IMG/VR virus record: IMGVR_UViG_3300003323_001383
Length of the DNA stretch: 29,344 bases
DNA from: a virus
Reading direction: 5' to 3' (one strand)
The position numbers were made by a program, and so were the translations under genes. Every line of letters begins with the position of its first letter. Position 1 is the first letter of the stretch. Of the stretch, positions 27,133 through 29,344 are shown piece after piece. Below the pieces are notes generated by a model. That model ran no database searches. It saw only the letters and a program-made list of their open reading frames with translations, and was not told where the DNA came from.

Positions 27133-27712
27133 CCTCTATCGCCTGCTCGTAGGACAGGTCGGTGCGGACCGCGACCCTGTCGGCAAGGAGGAGCGCCAGC
27201 GGCAGGGGGAGCGTCATGTTCATGATGCCGCCCTCGGGCAGGGCCTCCCGAATCCTCTCCTGGGCGAGGGAGTAGACGTCGCGCAGGACGACGGGGGAGT
27301 AGGTCCCGGATCCCGTGCTCCACGGGTCGCAGAGGCCCGGGTCCGACGTCACGAAGTGGACGGCGCACGCCGGGGGTCGGACTCTGTGCGCCGAGCACCG
27401 GCCGTCGTCCGACAGGACGGGGCAGCGGGTCCTCATCTTGAACCAGCTCTCGGACGAGCCGGTCCTGGCCAGGTCGGCGACGGACTCGCAGGCCTCCCGG
27501 ACCTTCTTCCAGAGGCCCTGGGAGCGGAGGTCCTGCACGACGACCGTCGCCTCGGCCACGGTGACCTCTATCATACGGTGGCAGCAGGAGCTGCACCCGG
27601 GGGTGCAGCTGTCCCGCGGCGCCATGGTCAGGCGCCTCTTCTCGGAGTCGGAGGCGGCCTGCATGACCGCCACCCTCACGGCGTCGACGGACGTCCCGAG
27701 GGGGACGTCCAA
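27113..27712 (-). CDS. YkgJ-type Cys-cluster (CxxCxxCC) putative Fe-S/zinc protein, up to 199 aa
   Basis: CTPGCSSCCHRM plus CPVLSDDGRCSAH fit the YkgJ/UPF0153 pattern; the ORF-track start is TTG directly after the upstream stop, first ATG at 27664. 3' end overlaps the convergent Nudix gene by 20 nt. Confidence 0.6.
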   Translation of the reverse strand: MDVPLGTSVDAVRVAVMQAASDSEKRRLTMAPRDSCTPGCSSCCHRMIEVTVAEATVVVQDLRSQGLWKKVREACESVADLARTGSSESWFKMRTRCPVLSDDGRCSAHRVRPPACAVHFVTSDPGLCDPWSTGSGTYSPVVLRDVYSLAQERIREALPEGGIMNMTLPLPLALLLADRVAVRTDLSYEQAIEVIGREA

Positions 27713-28078
27713 TCAGGCCGTCTCCCGCCGGTCCCGCGGGATGAGGATGGAGTCTATGTCCTCCTTGTCCACCTCCGCGAAGATCAGCGACCTCGTGTAG
27801 GCGTCCGACACGAGGTTCATGGTGCTCTGCCTCATCCTCTCCTTGATGGCGGACTCCGTCGACGCCCTGGAGGCCGGGGAGGAGAGGAAGCTCCCGTCGG
27901 CCGACAGAAGGGCCTCCAGGAGCTTTGCCTTCGCCATCTCGATCAGGAGGAGCTCCGCGGCGAGCACCGGGTGGTCGCCGGGGACGTGGCAGCGCAGGAA
28001 GAGCATGCGGGCCTTCCTGCGGGCGTACAAGCCGATCGCGTCCCTGACGGGGGCGGCCGGGTTCCTGTCCTCTGCCAT
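27713..28078 (-). CDS. hypothetical protein, about 121 aa
   Basis: GC3-biased; ATG 28078 (GTG 28090 also possible); last gene with element-type codon usage (agg, ata). Confidence 0.55.
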   Translation of the reverse strand: MAEDRNPAAPVRDAIGLYARRKARMLFLRCHVPGDHPVLAAELLLIEMAKAKLLEALLSADGSFLSSPASRASTESAIKERMRQSTMNLVSDAYTRSLIFAEVDKEDIDSILIPRDRRETA

Positions 28079-28096
28079 CACTGGTGTCACGGTCCC

Positions 28097-28816
28097 TCAG
28101 ACTACAGCGGAGGTCGCCTTGTCCGCCTCGACCTTGCGGACGAGGGAGTCGACGCGGTCGTCCTTGGGCTCGGCCTTCGCCGGCTCCGGCTTGGCCGCCT
28201 TGGGGGCCTTGGGCGCCTTCGGCTTCGGGGCCGCCTTCGCAGCGCCGGTGGCCATGCTCAGCTGGCTGTCGACGTTCGAGATCTCCGGGTCGTTGTTGAC
28301 CAGGTTGTAGAACGTCTGCTTCGACCAGTAGCCCCACTTGGAGACCGTCTGGGAGTAGGCCTCGGTCGTGTGGATGGTGGTGCCGGCGGGGAGGCCGCGG
28401 AGCAGGTCCTTGACCGCCGTGCGGATGGACGGGCGCCCCTCGACCGGGGCCTTCTCCTCGGGCTTCGGGGAGGCGGGCGCCTTGGCCGGCTTCGCCGGTG
28501 CCTTGGCAGCGGGCTTCGCGGGGGCCGGCTTCGCGGGGGCGGGCTTGGCCGGAGCGGCCGGGGCCGCGACGATCGTCACACCGACTTCCATCTTCTTGAA
28601 GACGTGGCCGGTGATGGTGACCCGCTCGCCCTTCTTGAACGCCGACAGGTCGACCGTCTTGGCGAAGTGGTACACGGTCTTGCCCAGCGTCACGGTGTGC
28701 GCCTTGACGTCGATCGCCTTGATCGCGCCAGTGGTCGCACTGTTGGTGGCGGCAAAGGCCGCGGTGCCGGTCGCAAGGGAAGCAACCAGAACGAGCGGAA
28801 GCAGGAATTTGCGCAT
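28097..28816 (-). CDS. secreted protein with PAKPA/KAPKA low-complexity repeats, 239 aa (host-like)
   Basis: SD GGAG 7 nt before ATG 28816; signal peptide MRKFLLPLVLVASLATGTAAFA; tandem Pro-Ala-Lys repeats; codon style (ctt, gtt, ggt, ttt, no AGG) differs from the rest of the window. Confidence 0.75.
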   Translation of the reverse strand: MRKFLLPLVLVASLATGTAAFAATNSATTGAIKAIDVKAHTVTLGKTVYHFAKTVDLSAFKKGERVTITGHVFKKMEVGVTIVAAPAAPAKPAPAKPAPAKPAAKAPAKPAKAPASPKPEEKAPVEGRPSIRTAVKDLLRGLPAGTTIHTTEAYSQTVSKWGYWSKQTFYNLVNNDPEISNVDSQLSMATGAAKAAPKPKAPKAPKAAKPEPAKAEPKDDRVDSLVRKVEADKATSAVV

Positions 28817-28975
28817 TGATGGTCTCCGGTAAGGCCCGGCGACGCTGCCGGGCGAATTGCTCCGACACATCCCGTGTCGGCGGAGACGTTCTAGAAAAAC
28901 CCCTTTGCACGCCCTTTTCGCCAATCTTACATCGGCGCAAAGTTCGAGGCTGGCTGTGTAAGGTTCGCTGTCGGC

Positions 28976-29293
28976 CTAGTGATCCTGCCGGAATTCGACG
29001 CCGATCTCCTTGAGGCGGCGCCACTTGATCCGGCACGGCTGCTTGCTATGGCCGTCGAGCAGCAGATCGAACGTATCGGGGATGCCCACGACGGAGCTCA
29101 CCAGCAACTTGGCGCCGGTCGAAGACAGGTTGCGGATCGTACAGTCGATCGTCGAGCGGCCGGCATTGAACACGATCTTGCCGCCCTTGAGGGTGCTACG
29201 GCGCTGCGCGTTGCGCTTGTCGCCGTCGGTATCCGTCATGGTCATCGCCGCCTCCATTCGCTGCGTAGATATGAGCTGAATGCGCCGCGACAA
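28976..29293 (-). CDS. PilZ domain protein, up to 105 aa (host-like)
   Basis: RNAQRRSTLKGGKIVF...CTIRNLSSTGAKL = PilZ RxxxR and (D/N)xSxxG c-di-GMP-binding motifs; true start may be an internal Met (MTMTD). Confidence 0.8.
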   Translation of the reverse strand: MSRRIQLISTQRMEAAMTMTDTDGDKRNAQRRSTLKGGKIVFNAGRSTIDCTIRNLSSTGAKLLVSSVVGIPDTFDLLLDGHSKQPCRIKWRRLKEIGVEFRQDH

Positions 29294-29344
29294 TATCGGT
29301 TTCGCTCCGGATTTCCCGGGCTTTTCATCAAGTTGAGTTAATGC

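Overview
GC-rich, very densely packed window that reads like part of a large phage or mobile element, joined at about 28.08-28.10 kb to host-like alphaproteobacterial DNA. That host-like part holds a secreted PAKPA-repeat protein and a PilZ protein with a different codon style. By hand-folding I find 32 canonical tRNA genes, all on the + strand, grouped by amino acid with near-complete isoacceptor sets, plus several aberrant tRNA-like elements. About 48 mostly small CDSs sit between them. Recognisable products: sigma-70 family factor, HU/IHF-like protein, a vWA protein with possible TROVE/Ro60-like N-terminal region, a JAB/MPN peptidase + Gly-terminated small protein + ThiF/E1-like cluster, REC-only response regulator, Cys-based phosphatase, CYTH-like protein, two HNH endonucleases, Hsp20, Nudix hydrolase and a YkgJ-type Cys-cluster protein. 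Four observations stand out. (1) Eleven otherwise dissimilar proteins end in the same tetrapeptide V-M-E-S/T or a close variant. (2) Three paralogous ~130-nt tRNA-shaped RNAs carry a conserved 60-66-nt structured insertion at the variable-loop position. (3) A tRNA gene is split by ~180 nt. (4) Several CDS stop codons lie inside the 5' ends of tRNA genes. All coordinates come from manual inspection: tRNA ends may be off by 1-2 nt and start codons are provisional. No database search or folding program was run.
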